Source: Nitrosopumilaceae archaeon
Lineage (GTDB): Archaea; Thermoproteota; Nitrososphaeria; Nitrososphaerales; Nitrosopumilaceae
Length of the DNA stretch: 64,000 bases
Direction: 5' to 3'
NCBI GenBank assembly: GCA_965200155.1
Contig: CBDATR010000010.1
Span: 128,001-192,000, forward strand
Shown here piece by piece: positions 31,740-43,100 of this stretch. Position numbers and translations under genes: made by a program. Position 1 is the stretch's first letter, and every line of letters begins with the position of its first letter. Below the pieces are notes generated by a model that searched no databases, was not told the DNA's origin, and saw only the letters and a list, made by a program, of their open reading frames with translations.

Positions 31740-32391
31740 CCAGGTCGAGCCGGAGGGGAGATAAAGACTGACGGGACACGTACGCGTACAACGTCCTGAA
31801 AAAAATCAGGAGGCAATGTATTCTGGTAAACAAAAAACCCACACGTGTAACGTACAGATAACATCAAACAAGACTGATAATTCACATCAGTGGAGTATAT
31901 GAGGGAAAAAGACACGATTATGGCATATTCAAGAATGATATTCCCCTCGGTGGCAAATGGGGCAAGTCCCTAAAAGAATCAACCACGCCACCATCCGATA
32001 AGATAACAGTAATAGCAGATGCAGGATACCAGGGTATGAAAGACTTCCTACCCGGCGCAAAGGTCATAATTCCATACAGGGGTAGGGAATCACTCACTAA
32101 AACTGAAAGGAAATACAACCAATATGTATCAAAAAGGCGCATATTAATCGAGCATGTAATTCGAATGCCAAAGGTATATCGTAGATTAAGTCAGGTATAT
32201 GATGGTAGTCGTGAGGAATTCCGGGAAGATCTACTCGTAGTATCCGGGTTGCATAATTTACACATTATGCACAAGCATACCAGGTACAAGAAATTCTTGA
32301 AAAATATCTGTCCATAATTTCCGTGTTATTATAATTCGAATATTACTTATCAGAAAATCCACTAAATCAATGGGTTTTGTGGTAACCATTT

Positions 32392-32483
32392 GTGTGAGTT
32401 CACCTATGTCTAAATTTACGCATAACTGATCGCGACAGTTAATGTGATTTGTACATAAGATTCCGGAAGACGTGAACTCATAC
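32392..32483 (-). mobile_element. 92-bp MITE
   Basis: TSD AACCATTT. Confidence 0.94.
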
Positions 32484-32680
32484 AACCATTTAGCTCACTC
32501 ATGATATACGTCATCAAGATCCGGTCACCCCACTACATGACATTTGTAATCACGGCATACGTTAGTGCTGGCAGGTGCCATTAACATTGGTTTGTTCATG
32601 CTTGACTGATTGTGTGCCATAAAATACACCCCAGTTTGAAGCAACATGGGCTATTCCTGTCAATCATGCGCATAAGGTCT

Positions 32681-32727
32681 AGTTAATGTGATTTGTGCAT
32701 AAGATTCCGGAAGACGTGAACTCATAC
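32681..32727 (-). mobile_element. Half MITE
   Basis: 47 bp matching one end of the consensus. Confidence 0.88.
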
Positions 32728-32785
32728 CCTTTGTGGGCTTCCGGACCTATTTGAATAATGCCCAATATAGTTTGGAAGAGTTGCG

Positions 32786-32877
32786 GTGTGAGTTCACCTG
32801 TGTCTAAATTTACGCATAACTGATCGCGACAGTTAATGTGATTTGTGCATAAGATTCCGGAAGACGTGAACTCATAC
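32786..32877 (-). mobile_element. 92-bp MITE
   Basis: TSD GAGTTGCG. Confidence 0.94.
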
Positions 32878-32940
32878 GAGTTGCGCACCAAACTATCTGT
32901 GTTAGCAAAGATTTAACATGTGTCATATAATATGGTAGAT

Positions 32941-33384
32941 ATGGAACTTAGATCATCGTTTCAGAATGGACAGTCAATTCCACGAAAGTGTGGATATAAA
33001 GAGATGAATAGCAGTCCACCATTATACATATCAGGCATTCCGCAAACCACCCGATCTTTGGCGCTAATAATGGATGATCCCGACGCTATGGCTCCAGCCG
33101 GTAAGATATGGGTACACTGGCTATTATGGAATTTGGACCCGCACACAACAAACATTCCTGAGAATACGGTGCCCTCAGGTGCAGTGCAAGGCATGAACGA
33201 CTTTGAACAATCAGTATATGGCGGGCCTGCGCCTCCGGACAAACGTCATACATACGTCTTTAAGTTATATGCCTTAAATGTTATACTCGACCTAAAAACA
33301 GGATCCACAAAAAAAGAACTTGAAAGGACTATATCTGATCACATATTGGATGAAGCAATTCTCACTGGTACATATGATCCTTAA
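32941..33384 (+). CDS. YbhB/YbcL (PEBP) family protein
   Basis: DDPDA, WVHW, YGGPAPP, HTYVFKLYAL. Confidence 0.92.
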   Translation: MELRSSFQNGQSIPRKCGYKEMNSSPPLYISGIPQTTRSLALIMDDPDAMAPAGKIWVHWLLWNLDPHTTNIPENTVPSGAVQGMNDFEQSVYGGPAPPDKRHTYVFKLYALNVILDLKTGSTKKELERTISDHILDEAILTGTYDP

Positions 33385-33459
33385 GTATGCGCCTTGGGGT
33401 GTGTAATTTTTTAATTTTCTGTATTGGGCACTACAAATAGGCCTACAAAACAAAGGTAT

Positions 33460-35205
33460 GTTATGAGTTCACGTGTTTTGATCACATAATAAGATAGAAT
33501 GCATCCCAGTTTTTTAATTATAATTGCATTCTGGCAGCAACCTCGTTCATTACAGAAAGGCCCTGAGCCCTCCATGTCTGAACGCATGATACGAATGTGG
33601 ACATGCGGCGCATGGCCCTTTCACCACCCTTTATCTGGCCACTAATCTTGCGGAATACCACTGCGTATCAGAACCGGTTCCACTGCTCCGCTGGATTGTT
33701 GGTGGGCTCCACACTGTCATATTCTAGGAATACGAACATGCCTGGTATGGCCTTATTCAATCCTTTCACCTTCTTTTGCAGTTCAGTATCATCAACATCA
33801 TAATACTGATGCATCTGCTCCTGTCTCAAATGAGTGTCGTAATTGCGCGGACGGCCCGTAGCGATTCACGTGCGCTCCGGATCAAATCGTTGTCAAGTTT
33901 GATCCGGGCGTCCTGATCACCGGGATCGATATAGAATCCTGCATGTAATAAACTGGTATCGCGCAATAAATGCGCCCAACACAACTGGTGCTTCCCACCG
34001 TCATCAAACCGGTAACACACGGCGTACCTGTCTGTGACTATCGCGCCCTGGTAACCGTTCAGGTATTTGTCCACTACATATGAACTCCTACTTTTGTATA
34101 TCATCCACTCTTCGGCCCGCATCCCCCATATCCAACCACGCTTACCCGCCAGTGATATACCAGTTTCGTCCACATGAATGCTGGGTGATTTTATTATATT
34201 CTCATAAATTGTTTCCATAAATGATTCGCATGCATCGGCGGCCCTGGCAATTATGTTGTTTACCGCACCCACCGATATATTCAGGCCGAAGAGATCCCTC
34301 GAAATTACAGGTACGCGTTTTATTGGAATCTTTTCCGCACGCAATGCAGTGATGGCACCGCATAATTGAACCCCAAAACTACCACTCTTTGGGACGCCCG
34401 CTGCTGGGGCCAGTTGTTTTTTGCCGCACATACATGTGGCCATCTCTATCACATGAAGGGTCTCCTCTATTTTGGCTGGTATTAAGTATGAGTTCACGTC
34501 TTCCGGAATCTTATGCACAAATCACATTAACTGTCGCGATCAGTTATGCGTAAATTTAGACACAGGTGAACTCATACGGTATTAATTCCGTTATGTGTCG
34601 TTGTTTCCAACCAATTTTTGTCATTATATTGCCGCACTCACATAGTGGAGTATGCTCAAAGGTGTGATGTACTACTCTGCCGGGGTTGTGGGAACGGGAA
34701 ACCCCCTTGTGTCCCTTTTGAGCGCCAGCCTTTTTGGCTGATTTAGTACTGGCTTCTTTCTGTTGCTTATTATCTCCCTGTTTTCGCTTCTGTTCCTCCT
34801 GTTTTCGCTTCTTGTACTGGAGGGATTGAAGGGATGGTGGCGAGTGAGCATTCTCATAATATTTAAGTCGCGTTGTGAGTACCGCAATTTTCCTGTCTTT
34901 TTCTACTAATTCCTCTATCAATTCACTTACATAATTCCTAATAATTTGGAAATCTTGTGTGAGATTTCGTATTTCTTTTATGGTGTGTGACATATATGCT
35001 TCCAATACTCTCACACGTTCCTTGTAATGTGCAAGATCTTTCTCGGTAGACGCAAGGGTATCCTGAAGAAGTTTATTTTCCAGTTCCAATTCCTTATAGG
35101 ACCGGCGTCTTATCATTAGATTCTTATTGTAAATTTGGTATTTAAGTAAAATATTGTCATACCAATCTATATCTTAGTGAATGATCAAAACACGTGAACT
35201 CATAC
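33460..35205 (-). mobile_element. IS66 element, copy 2 (decayed, MITE-interrupted)
   Basis: Same TIRs; colinear with copy 1 with small deletions. Confidence 0.9.
34486..34577 (+). mobile_element. 92-bp MITE inside the IS66 transposase
   Basis: TSD GGTATTAA. Confidence 0.95.
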
Positions 35206-35451
35206 CACAAAGGTGTTAATTTTTGTATGTGATCATTTTGAACTTTTGTTATTTTGTAGACCTATTTGAATAATCTCCATTAAAGACTATGCAAACAGGT
35301 CAAAAAAAAATCCATAAAAGTAACGGATCTTCTACCTGCACATTTTGAGCTTTGTAGACCTATTTGTAATGTCCTGTGTATATTAATCTCCAAGTAGGAG
35401 ATTCTTTAACTATATGAAGACCGTCAATAAAGACATGCTTGGTGCATGTGG

Positions 35452-35539
35452 ATATGAGTTCACCCACGTCTAAATTTATGATAACGGATCTCAACAATTA
35501 GTACATTGAGATTTGATTTAGGAAAACGCGAACTCGTAT
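35452..35539 (-). mobile_element. Diverged relative of the MITE
   Basis: ATATGAGTTCACCCACGTCTAAATTTA...GCGAACTCGTAT. Confidence 0.6.
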
Positions 35540-35579
35540 AACGAAACAGTTACAAATATTGGAAATGGCGGGTTGTAAT

Positions 35580-36065
35580 ATGGGAAAGCAATGGCAAGGA
35601 TTACGCTTGTTTAGTTATTTTAGGATTGGATATAGGACATACTTAGCGCTAGCGATCGGTATGATAAATTTTATGACCACATCATATTTCATAGTTATAA
35701 ATAGTGCGCCAGAAATCAAATCAATCTTTTCAACATTTGAGGTATATGTAGTAGTGGCGGTTTTTGTAGGCGTTCCGATCGTTGCAATATCAGGCTGGAT
35801 TCATTTTAAAAAAGCAGGCACCTACGCCGCCGAGGCCGCAATCATAACACAGGACAACATATACAACTACAAATGGCCAGAGGGCTACCGGAAGGAAGTA
35901 TTTGGTCGCGCGTACCTTGCTATATTGAGGGCAATGGTTAAGAGATCAAGATCAGAAGAGATTTCAAAGGACGAGCTTACAGAAATGGATGAAATTGAAA
36001 CTCAGCTAAGAAAATTAATAGACGGAGGGTATGTGGGAGATCCACCCAAGGGTGCGTTCAGATGA
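35580..36065 (+). CDS. Two-TM hypothetical protein, paralog 1
   Basis: YFRIGYRTY...G..H, paralogous to the next gene. Confidence 0.75.
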   Translation: MGKQWQGLRLFSYFRIGYRTYLALAIGMINFMTTSYFIVINSAPEIKSIFSTFEVYVVVAVFVGVPIVAISGWIHFKKAGTYAAEAAIITQDNIYNYKWPEGYRKEVFGRAYLAILRAMVKRSRSEEISKDELTEMDEIETQLRKLIDGGYVGDPPKGAFR

Positions 36066-36541
36066 GAAGGCAATTTCTATATCGCTTTTGGTTCTATTTT
36101 AGAACAGGATATGGCCAATACTTTATGTTTGCCCTAGCGATCTTCAATATGCTAACACTTACCTATTATCTCTTAATAGATAGTTATGAAGGGCTGGAAA
36201 TCATCTTTCCAAGCTTTACATCATATGTATTAATATTCTCGGTCATTGTAGTACCACTTTTGATATTTTTAGGTATAGCTCACATGCGAAAAACAGCTGC
36301 ATATCAAGCAGAGATGGAAGTTTCAATTAAGTCAAACCCATACATGTATAAATTGCCCCCCGGACACGAAAGAGAGGCAATAGCCCCATTACTACTAGAA
36401 TTGCTAATTCTTCTCCGAAAACCACAACAGTCAAAACTTAATGATGATGAATTGGAAAAAATTGAAGAATTGGAGGAGAAGCTCGAATTCCTTGCAAAAG
36501 GTGGAACCTTGGAACGGAAAAAGAAAATTGACGATCTATGA
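36062..36541 (+). CDS. Two-TM hypothetical protein, paralog 2
   Basis: FYFRTGYGQY...GIAH; ATGA overlap. Confidence 0.78.
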   Translation: MRRQFLYRFWFYFRTGYGQYFMFALAIFNMLTLTYYLLIDSYEGLEIIFPSFTSYVLIFSVIVVPLLIFLGIAHMRKTAAYQAEMEVSIKSNPYMYKLPPGHEREAIAPLLLELLILLRKPQQSKLNDDELEKIEELEEKLEFLAKGGTLERKKKIDDL

Positions 36542-36928
36542 GACAAGAGTGAGACGGAGACATAGATAGAAGAGTATTCAAATAGAACAACAAATCTCAA
36601 AACAGCCAGGTACAAATCCATTATTTTTGCGGATCTCCTGACATATGTGGTAACCGTTTAGGTTGTGTTAGAGATAAACATCTAGACGGTAAACTCATAG
36701 GCAGTATGAGTTCACGTGTTTTGATCACATAATAAGATAGAATGCATCCCAGTTTTTTAATTATAATTGCATTCTGGCAGCAACCTTGTTCATTACAGAA
36801 AGGCCCTGAGCCCGCCATGTCTGAACACATATGGACATGCGGCGCATGGCCCTTTCACCACCCTTTATCTGGCCACTAATCTTGCGGAATACCACTGCGT
36901 ATCGCAGAGCCTGCTACGCTGGATTGTT

Positions 36929-37020
36929 GTATGAGTTCACCTGTGTCTAAATTTACGCATAACTGATCGCGATAGTTAATGTGATTTGTGTATAAGATTC
37001 CGGAAGACGTGAACTCATAC
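36929..37020 (-). mobile_element. 92-bp MITE at the rearrangement junction, no TSD
   Basis: Flanks GGATTGTT/GAATTAAT. Confidence 0.93.
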
Positions 37021-37888
37021 GAATTAATACCAGCCAGAATAGAGGAGACCCTCATGTGATAGAGATGGCCTCCTGCATGTGTGGCAAAAAACAACTGGCC
37101 CCAGCAGCGGGCGTCCCAGAGAGTGGTGGTTTTGAGATGTGGTGCCATCACTGCATTGCGTGCGGAAAAGATTCCAATAAAACGCATACCTGTAATTTCG
37201 AAGGATCTCTTCGGCCTAAATATATCGGTGGGTGCAGTAAACAACATAATTGCCAGGGCCGCCGATGCATGTGAATCATTTATGGAAACAATTCATGAGA
37301 ATATAATAAAATCACCCAGCATTCATGTGGACGAAACTGGTATATCACTGGCGGGTAGGCGTGGCTGGGTATGGGGGATGCGAGCCGAAGAGTGGATGAT
37401 GTCCATATATGACAAAAGTAGGAGTTCAAATGTAGTGAACAAATACCTTAACGGTTACCAGGGAGCGATAGTAACGGACAGGTACGTTGTGTATCGCCGG
37501 TTTGATGACGGTGGGAAGCACCAGTTGTGTTGGGCGCATTTATTGCGCGATACCCAGGCATTACATGCAGGATTCTATATTGATCCCGGTGCTCAGGACG
37601 CCCGGATCAAACTTGACAACGACCTGAAAGGATTGTTCCGGAGCGCACGGGAATCCCTGAATCGCTGCGGGCCGTCCGCGCAATTACGACACTCATTTGA
37701 GACAGGAGCAGAATCCATTCTGCATCAATACTGTGATGTTGATGATGCTGAACTACAAAAGAAGGTAAAAGGATTGAATAAGGCCATACCAGGCATGTTT
37801 GTATTCTTAGAATATGACAGTGTAGAGCCCACCAACAATCCAGCGGAGCAGGCTTTGCGATACGCGGTGGTATTCCGCAAGATTAGTG

Positions 37889-37980
37889 GTATGAGTTCAC
37901 CTGTGTCTAAATTTACGCATAACTGATCGCGACAGTTAATGTGATTTGTGCATAAGATTCCGGAAGACGTGAACTCATAC
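37889..37980 (-). mobile_element. 92-bp MITE
   Basis: TSD GATTAGTG. Confidence 0.95.
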
Positions 37981-38757
37981 GATTAGTGGTCAGATAAAGG
38001 GTGGTGAAAGGGCCATGCGCCGCATGTCCACATTCGTATCATGTGTTCAGACATGGAGGGCTCAGGGCCTTTCTGTAATGAACGAGGTTGCTGCCAGAAT
38101 GCAGTTATAATTAAAAAAAACTGGGACGCATTCTATCTTATTATGTGATCAAAACACGTGAACTCATACAAAAAATGGGTGTTATACAAATGATTAAGTC
38201 CAATAGATGCATAAAATATTTGGTATAAGCAGTAAAGGAGGGGGCGTGTATAGAGGTCCGTATAGGATTTTGTGCCCTGAAAAATTACCAGAATGCAATT
38301 TGAATCACATAGCTGTAATATTCGCGTTAAGCCGTCCAAGTTTGTATGGAAAATTTTTCAAAATAAGCACTTAAGTCAATAGGAGTCACAATAGACAATG
38401 AAGCAGATAAGAGTGTACCTGGACATACCAGTTTGCAGAATGTGTGCAGTAATAGACGCGGCAAGCATATTAGCACTAGACTGTGAGTATCATCAGGGTT
38501 CACTTCTTTTTCACTTATACTCCCCATTACCACGTCCCCGCCTTGTAAAACTGAATCGCTACCATTTGCCCACAAATATGATTATGAGTGATATCATATG
38601 GAACGGGCGCTATTGGTACACGCACTCCATCATTCTGTGGGGTCTTGCAGTGCCATCTTGTTGAGTGATTTTTAATTATTTATTATATTATTAATACTAT
38701 GGATACTAACAATACTATGTAAGTAATTAATAATAACTATATTAGCATACCATTATC

Positions 38758-39168
38758 ATGAAAATAGCCGTTGACACATGCGTTGTAATAGGCATAATGG
38801 AGGGCGCCTCGGTCGTCAGTAAACTGCGAAACAAGCTTAGGGGCAAGCAATACAAGATAGTGCTGTGTCGCCAAGTATTATGGGAGCTCAGACGGGTACG
38901 TAACCTGACAGTTGATGCAATTCTTGGTAGCCTGCGCAAGATATTTGGTGAGAGACGCGTCGGCATAATATCGGATCCCACAGATCTTGAGGATACCGCC
39001 CAAATGCTACGTAACCAGTATCACTATGCACATAATGGTGATCACCGCATTCTGGCCACATGCCGCATACATGGAATTGGTCTGATGACGCTTGATCGGG
39101 GAATGCTTAAGGTGGCCACCATGGTGGGAATTCCGGCATTTCACCCTAAATATGCAGGTGGGATATAA
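38758..39168 (+). CDS. PIN-domain nuclease, copy 2
   Basis: 5 aa differences from 11477..11887; shares about 570 bp of upstream sequence. Confidence 0.85.
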   Translation: MKIAVDTCVVIGIMEGASVVSKLRNKLRGKQYKIVLCRQVLWELRRVRNLTVDAILGSLRKIFGERRVGIISDPTDLEDTAQMLRNQYHYAHNGDHRILATCRIHGIGLMTLDRGMLKVATMVGIPAFHPKYAGGI

Positions 39169-39219
39169 TGGCCAGGGCGTATCCGGTTATAGTACGATTT
39201 GACTATGATGACAGCCCTT

Positions 39220-39820
39220 GTATGCAGAAGAGCCACAACCGGAAAGGGAGCACACCCTGGAATTGGAAAGTTCCGGACCCATTGCAACAGTTGCCATCTC
39301 TGGCAGGACCAACAGATAAGCCACAACCCGTAAACGCGCTGACTAACGGTGTGTTCCGCTTACCGAATAATGATGACAAGCGCGCATGCAACCTCGAGTT
39401 GCTTGCAGATGGCGCATACGCGTCCAGGGATAACATGAAATCGTGTAGTGATAATCGAATCCGGACAACCATTCCACTTCAGCTAAATTCCACCAAAGGA
39501 AAGGCGACTCATGGGGACTTGCAGTCTTGGAGGAAGCCCGGAATCGCCCATTTTCCGCCTTTCTGATTAGGAAAAGGCCAAAAACAAGCAGTACTGAAAG
39601 GCGGCAAAAGGGTACAACAGGCGATGGATAATCGAGATAATCAGAGCCGGTTCCCGTTCAAACTATTATTCGGGCACGGATTAATGGCGCGGAAATGGGA
39701 TAACATGGTACAGGAAATCACAATGAGGGTAGCCAAGTACAACGAGTGGGTGGACGCGGCAGCAACGTAGATTACGATATGGGGAACCTGTATTCTGTCA
39801 AAGTCAGTTATACAACAAAC
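39220..39820 (+). mobile_element. IS903-like 3' fragment
   Basis: Homologous to 3047-3613. Confidence 0.78.
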
Positions 39821-39864
39821 TTATGATACCGAAACCAAAAATAGTGTAAACCGGACATGTTACC

Positions 39865-41757
39865 ATGGCACTAGCAGGAATTGAGCTCAAGTATCTTACA
39901 AAACGTATATCCGAGGATACACAGGAATACTACGTCAGCAACATATACGGCATAGACAGGAATAGTATACTCTTCAAGCTTCATCACCCGGAGAAACCGG
40001 ACATACTACTGGTTTTATCTACAATGGGCATGTGGATCACAACCGCAAGGGTACAACAGATAGAGGAGAATAGGCTAATCCGGCGCCTGCGCAAGGACAT
40101 TATACGATTAAGGCTGACCAAGATTGATCAGCCGGGTCTGGAGCGGCTGGCATATCTTACGTTTGAGGGCTTTGATAAGCGCCTTGTACTGGTGGGCGAG
40201 TTCTTTGGGGATGGGAACATCATTCTATGCAATGATGCCATGAAGGTGCTTGCCTTACAGCACTCCATTGATGTTCGTCACAGGAGCATTAAGGTAGGGA
40301 CCCAGTATGAGCTCCCACCCCAGGTCGCGACCGACATACTGAGCATGAAGCCGGATAGTATACAGGATATTCAAAACACAGATATGGCTTGCGCCCGATG
40401 GATAGGCCGGAATATGGGCCTTCCAAGGAGATATACGGAAGGCATACTGAACATGACAGGCACTGAACCCAAGAGACCGGGAAGGACACTGGACGAATCT
40501 GAGGCTCAGGCCATATATGACACCTCCAGAAGACTGGTAGATGACATAATACATGGTAACCACACTCCCGTTATACTGCCGGGACACGAGGTAATTCCGG
40601 TGAGCATGGGAGCACAAGGAGAGACTCCGGTGAAGGATTTCATGTCCGGGCTTGATGAGGTATTCACAAGTACCATCCTTGAGAGGGGCCGCGATTTGAA
40701 TACAACACAAACCAAGGACGAGTCCAGGAATCTACAGAATCAGCTGGCAGAGCAGGAAAAGGCCATCAGTACCGTCCAGGACAGGCACAAGAGCATAACG
40801 CAGGTGGCAAACTCAATGTATGCAATACTTGCAGCAGGCGCAATACGGCTGGATGCACCCCAGGCCATACCAATACTGGAGCAGAACGGGGCCGCCATAG
40901 AAATGGAGAAAGGCATTCCTACCATGCATATAATGGACCAAAGAATACCAATAGACCTAGAGGCGCCCCTACAGTCTACTGCATCTCTACTATACAGTGA
41001 GGCCAAGAGACAGTCCGCGGCAGTTCCGGCCATAGAAAAAATGATACAAAAGACGCGCAAGAAATTGCAAAATGTCAGTGACAAGCAGGAGTCACAGGCA
41101 AGAAACATAGAGGCAACCCAGATAAGAAAGAAGAACTGGTTTGAGCGGTACAGATGGTTCTATACCTCTGATGGAATACTGGCCATCGGTGGCCGGGATG
41201 CACCCTCCAACTCCGCGGTAGTAAGGAAACACATGGAGGAGACAGACATTGTATTTCATGCACAAATATTTGGATCCCCCTTCTTCATACTGAAGGGAGC
41301 CAAACCCTCGCCCGCCAGCATACTGGAGACTGCGCAGGCCACAGTCTGTTTTAGCCGGGCATGGCGCGAGGGCATGTTCGGGTCCAGTGCGTTCTGGGTC
41401 ACCCCCCAGCAGGTAAAGAAGTCGGCGCCCAGCGGTCAGTTCCTGCCCAAGGGCTCCTTTACCATAGAGGGACAGCGAAATTTTATCAAGACATCCAGCA
41501 TGAGATTAGCCCTAGGATTTATGCAGCAGGGCGGACATGACATACTGGTATGCGGGCCTGTCGAGGCCGTTTCTGGTAGTGGATCGTCATATATTGTAGT
41601 GGAGCCAACAGGCTCGGATACAGTAATCACGGCCAAAAAGATACGAAGTGAGTTCATGGACATGGATGTGCCGGGCGCAAAAGAGCACACCATAGACGAC
41701 TACGTCAGGGTACTGCCAGCCGGAAAGAGTCATGTAGTGGGGGTCCATCATAAGTAA
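39865..41757 (+). CDS. rqcH: Ribosome quality-control NFACT protein (RqcH/NEMF family)
   Basis: EFFGDGNIIL, WFERYRWF, GGRDA, FHAQIFGSP, PSGQFLPKGSF. Confidence 0.9.
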   Translation: MALAGIELKYLTKRISEDTQEYYVSNIYGIDRNSILFKLHHPEKPDILLVLSTMGMWITTARVQQIEENRLIRRLRKDIIRLRLTKIDQPGLERLAYLTFEGFDKRLVLVGEFFGDGNIILCNDAMKVLALQHSIDVRHRSIKVGTQYELPPQVATDILSMKPDSIQDIQNTDMACARWIGRNMGLPRRYTEGILNMTGTEPKRPGRTLDESEAQAIYDTSRRLVDDIIHGNHTPVILPGHEVIPVSMGAQGETPVKDFMSGLDEVFTSTILERGRDLNTTQTKDESRNLQNQLAEQEKAISTVQDRHKSITQVANSMYAILAAGAIRLDAPQAIPILEQNGAAIEMEKGIPTMHIMDQRIPIDLEAPLQSTASLLYSEAKRQSAAVPAIEKMIQKTRKKLQNVSDKQESQARNIEATQIRKKNWFERYRWFYTSDGILAIGGRDAPSNSAVVRKHMEETDIVFHAQIFGSPFFILKGAKPSPASILETAQATVCFSRAWREGMFGSSAFWVTPQQVKKSAPSGQFLPKGSFTIEGQRNFIKTSSMRLALGFMQQGGHDILVCGPVEAVSGSGSSYIVVEPTGSDTVITAKKIRSEFMDMDVPGAKEHTIDDYVRVLPAGKSHVVGVHHK

Positions 41758-41779
41758 ACATAGATTCCTGGCAGATGCC

Positions 41780-42193
41780 ATGCTGGGCAACATAGCCAAA
41801 AAGTTGCGCATACTGGGCTATGATACCACATATTACTCAGACATGGACATGAATCGCGCCATAATGATGGCGCGCAAAACAGGGCGCGTCTTGATCACAA
41901 GCAACAGAAGGGTACGCCATCATAATACCATATTCATATCAACACACGACAATGCCATGAGACGCATAGTGCGCATGGCAGGGCTTGCCGTACGTGTATC
42001 CGGGGAGACCGCCCGCTGCCCCATATGCAATGGTGAAACCCGCGCCGCGATCAAGGATAGCATGAGCAATAGGGTTCCGCCCAAGGTATGGGAGCATAAT
42101 GACGCTTTCTGGGAATGTGTTATTTGTCATAACGTGTACTGGGAGGGCTCACATATCAAACGACTACGAGTGGATGCGGTAGAATGGGCGTAG
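41780..42193 (+). CDS. Mut7-C RNase domain protein
   Basis: MLG..AKKLRILGYDT, RCPICNG, C..C..VYWEGSH; true start may lie slightly upstream. Confidence 0.85.
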   Translation: MLGNIAKKLRILGYDTTYYSDMDMNRAIMMARKTGRVLITSNRRVRHHNTIFISTHDNAMRRIVRMAGLAVRVSGETARCPICNGETRAAIKDSMSNRVPPKVWEHNDAFWECVICHNVYWEGSHIKRLRVDAVEWA

Positions 42194-42738
42194 ATGGCAA
42201 GTATCTGGTAGCGCAGGCGCGCCGGGCGGTATTATCATATATTCAGAGCGGGACACTACCGCAGCCGGATGAGCATTTTTGCAAAACATACACGCAGGAA
42301 TGCGGCGTATTTGTTACCATAAATCGTGACAGTATGCTGCGGGGCTGTATCGGGTATATTGAACCTGCAGGCATGCTGTGCCATACCGTGCCCCAGGCAG
42401 CTATCGCCGCGGCCACCGAAGACCCCCGGTTCCCGCCCCTCACAAATGGAGAACTTGACAGTGTAATATTCGAGGTTACCATACTGGCGCGGCCGCGCCT
42501 ATTGGAGGAACCACCCGAATATGCGAATCAAATAACAGTGGGACGTGACGGTCTGATGGTAAAAAGTGGAACCAAACAAGGGCTGCTGCTGCCCCAGGTG
42601 GCCACAGAGTACGGCTGGTCCGCCACAGAGTTTCTGGATAACACTTGCCGCAAGGCGGGCCTACAGCCGGACTGCTGGAAACGTAATGATACCCAGGTGT
42701 GGGCGTTTGGGGGCACGTGTTATACGGAGAGTGTATGA
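42184..42738 (+). CDS. AMMECR1-domain protein (AmmeMemoRadiSam protein A)
   Basis: GVFVT, LRGCIG, DPRF, GLLLPQVA. Confidence 0.92.
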   Translation: MGVDGKYLVAQARRAVLSYIQSGTLPQPDEHFCKTYTQECGVFVTINRDSMLRGCIGYIEPAGMLCHTVPQAAIAAATEDPRFPPLTNGELDSVIFEVTILARPRLLEEPPEYANQITVGRDGLMVKSGTKQGLLLPQVATEYGWSATEFLDNTCRKAGLQPDCWKRNDTQVWAFGGTCYTESV

Positions 42739-43100
42739 GTTGAAGTATCCAGGGTAGCCATGGCCCCATTGGGAATGGAGCGGCGCTGATCCCCGGATAT
42801 AACAACAAGGGGGATTCCCGATATGGCACACCCGCTGGCGACAGTGGTATCTGCCTTTTCGCAAAGCATGGCGGCCGGAGCTACACCGTGTGATTTAATG
42901 GAGTATATGGTGTATGCACCTACGCTGCTACCGGCCCCGTGAGGGAAGGACAGGATGTGTCCTGCCAGCGATATGTTGTATAGTGGGTGTTCTGTATCAG
43001 TGATTTTGCCGCTCTGCTTGTCTATCATGCCCAGAAAGTTTATGGGTGTATCAGTATGTAGTATATGACCTTGCGCCTTTCCGGATACCAGCACCTTCAT
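42720..43100 (-). CDS. Aconitase X swivel subunit (DUF126), putative phosphomevalonate dehydratase small subunit
   Basis: GSSVG motif, paired with DUF521. Confidence 0.85.
   Translation of the reverse strand: MKVLVSGKAQGHILHTDTPINFLGMIDKQSGKITDTEHPLYNISLAGHILSFPHGAGSSVGAYTIYSIKSHGVAPAAMLCEKADTTVASGCAISGIPLVVISGDQRRSIPNGAMATLDTSTHTLSV

Larger units (their letters stand above)
29465..32317 (+). pseudogene. IS5-family (ISL2-like, DDE_Tnp_4) transposase interrupted by IS66 and a MITE
   Basis: N-terminal LTG...F and QEILAAILKINQSNICR; DGT, YSGK, ADAGYQG, RILIEH motifs after 31585; start approximate. Confidence 0.75.
36704..38169. mobile_element. Rearranged IS66: two downstream ends in inverted orientation joined through a MITE
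   Basis: 36704-36928 is the 3' end on minus; 37021-38169 is the 3' two-thirds on plus. Confidence 0.85.

Noticed and set aside
34774-34811. Short duplication in IS66 copy 2 (KRKQEEQKRKQ)
   Set aside because: A 21-bp in-frame difference typical of slippage; it does not have the 36+36 geometry.
33427-35375. CAAATAGGCCTACAAA / TTTGTAGACCTATTTG ends around IS66 copy 2 and at 32745
   Set aside because: Probably another decayed MITE or IS end, but boundaries and TSD could not be defined.
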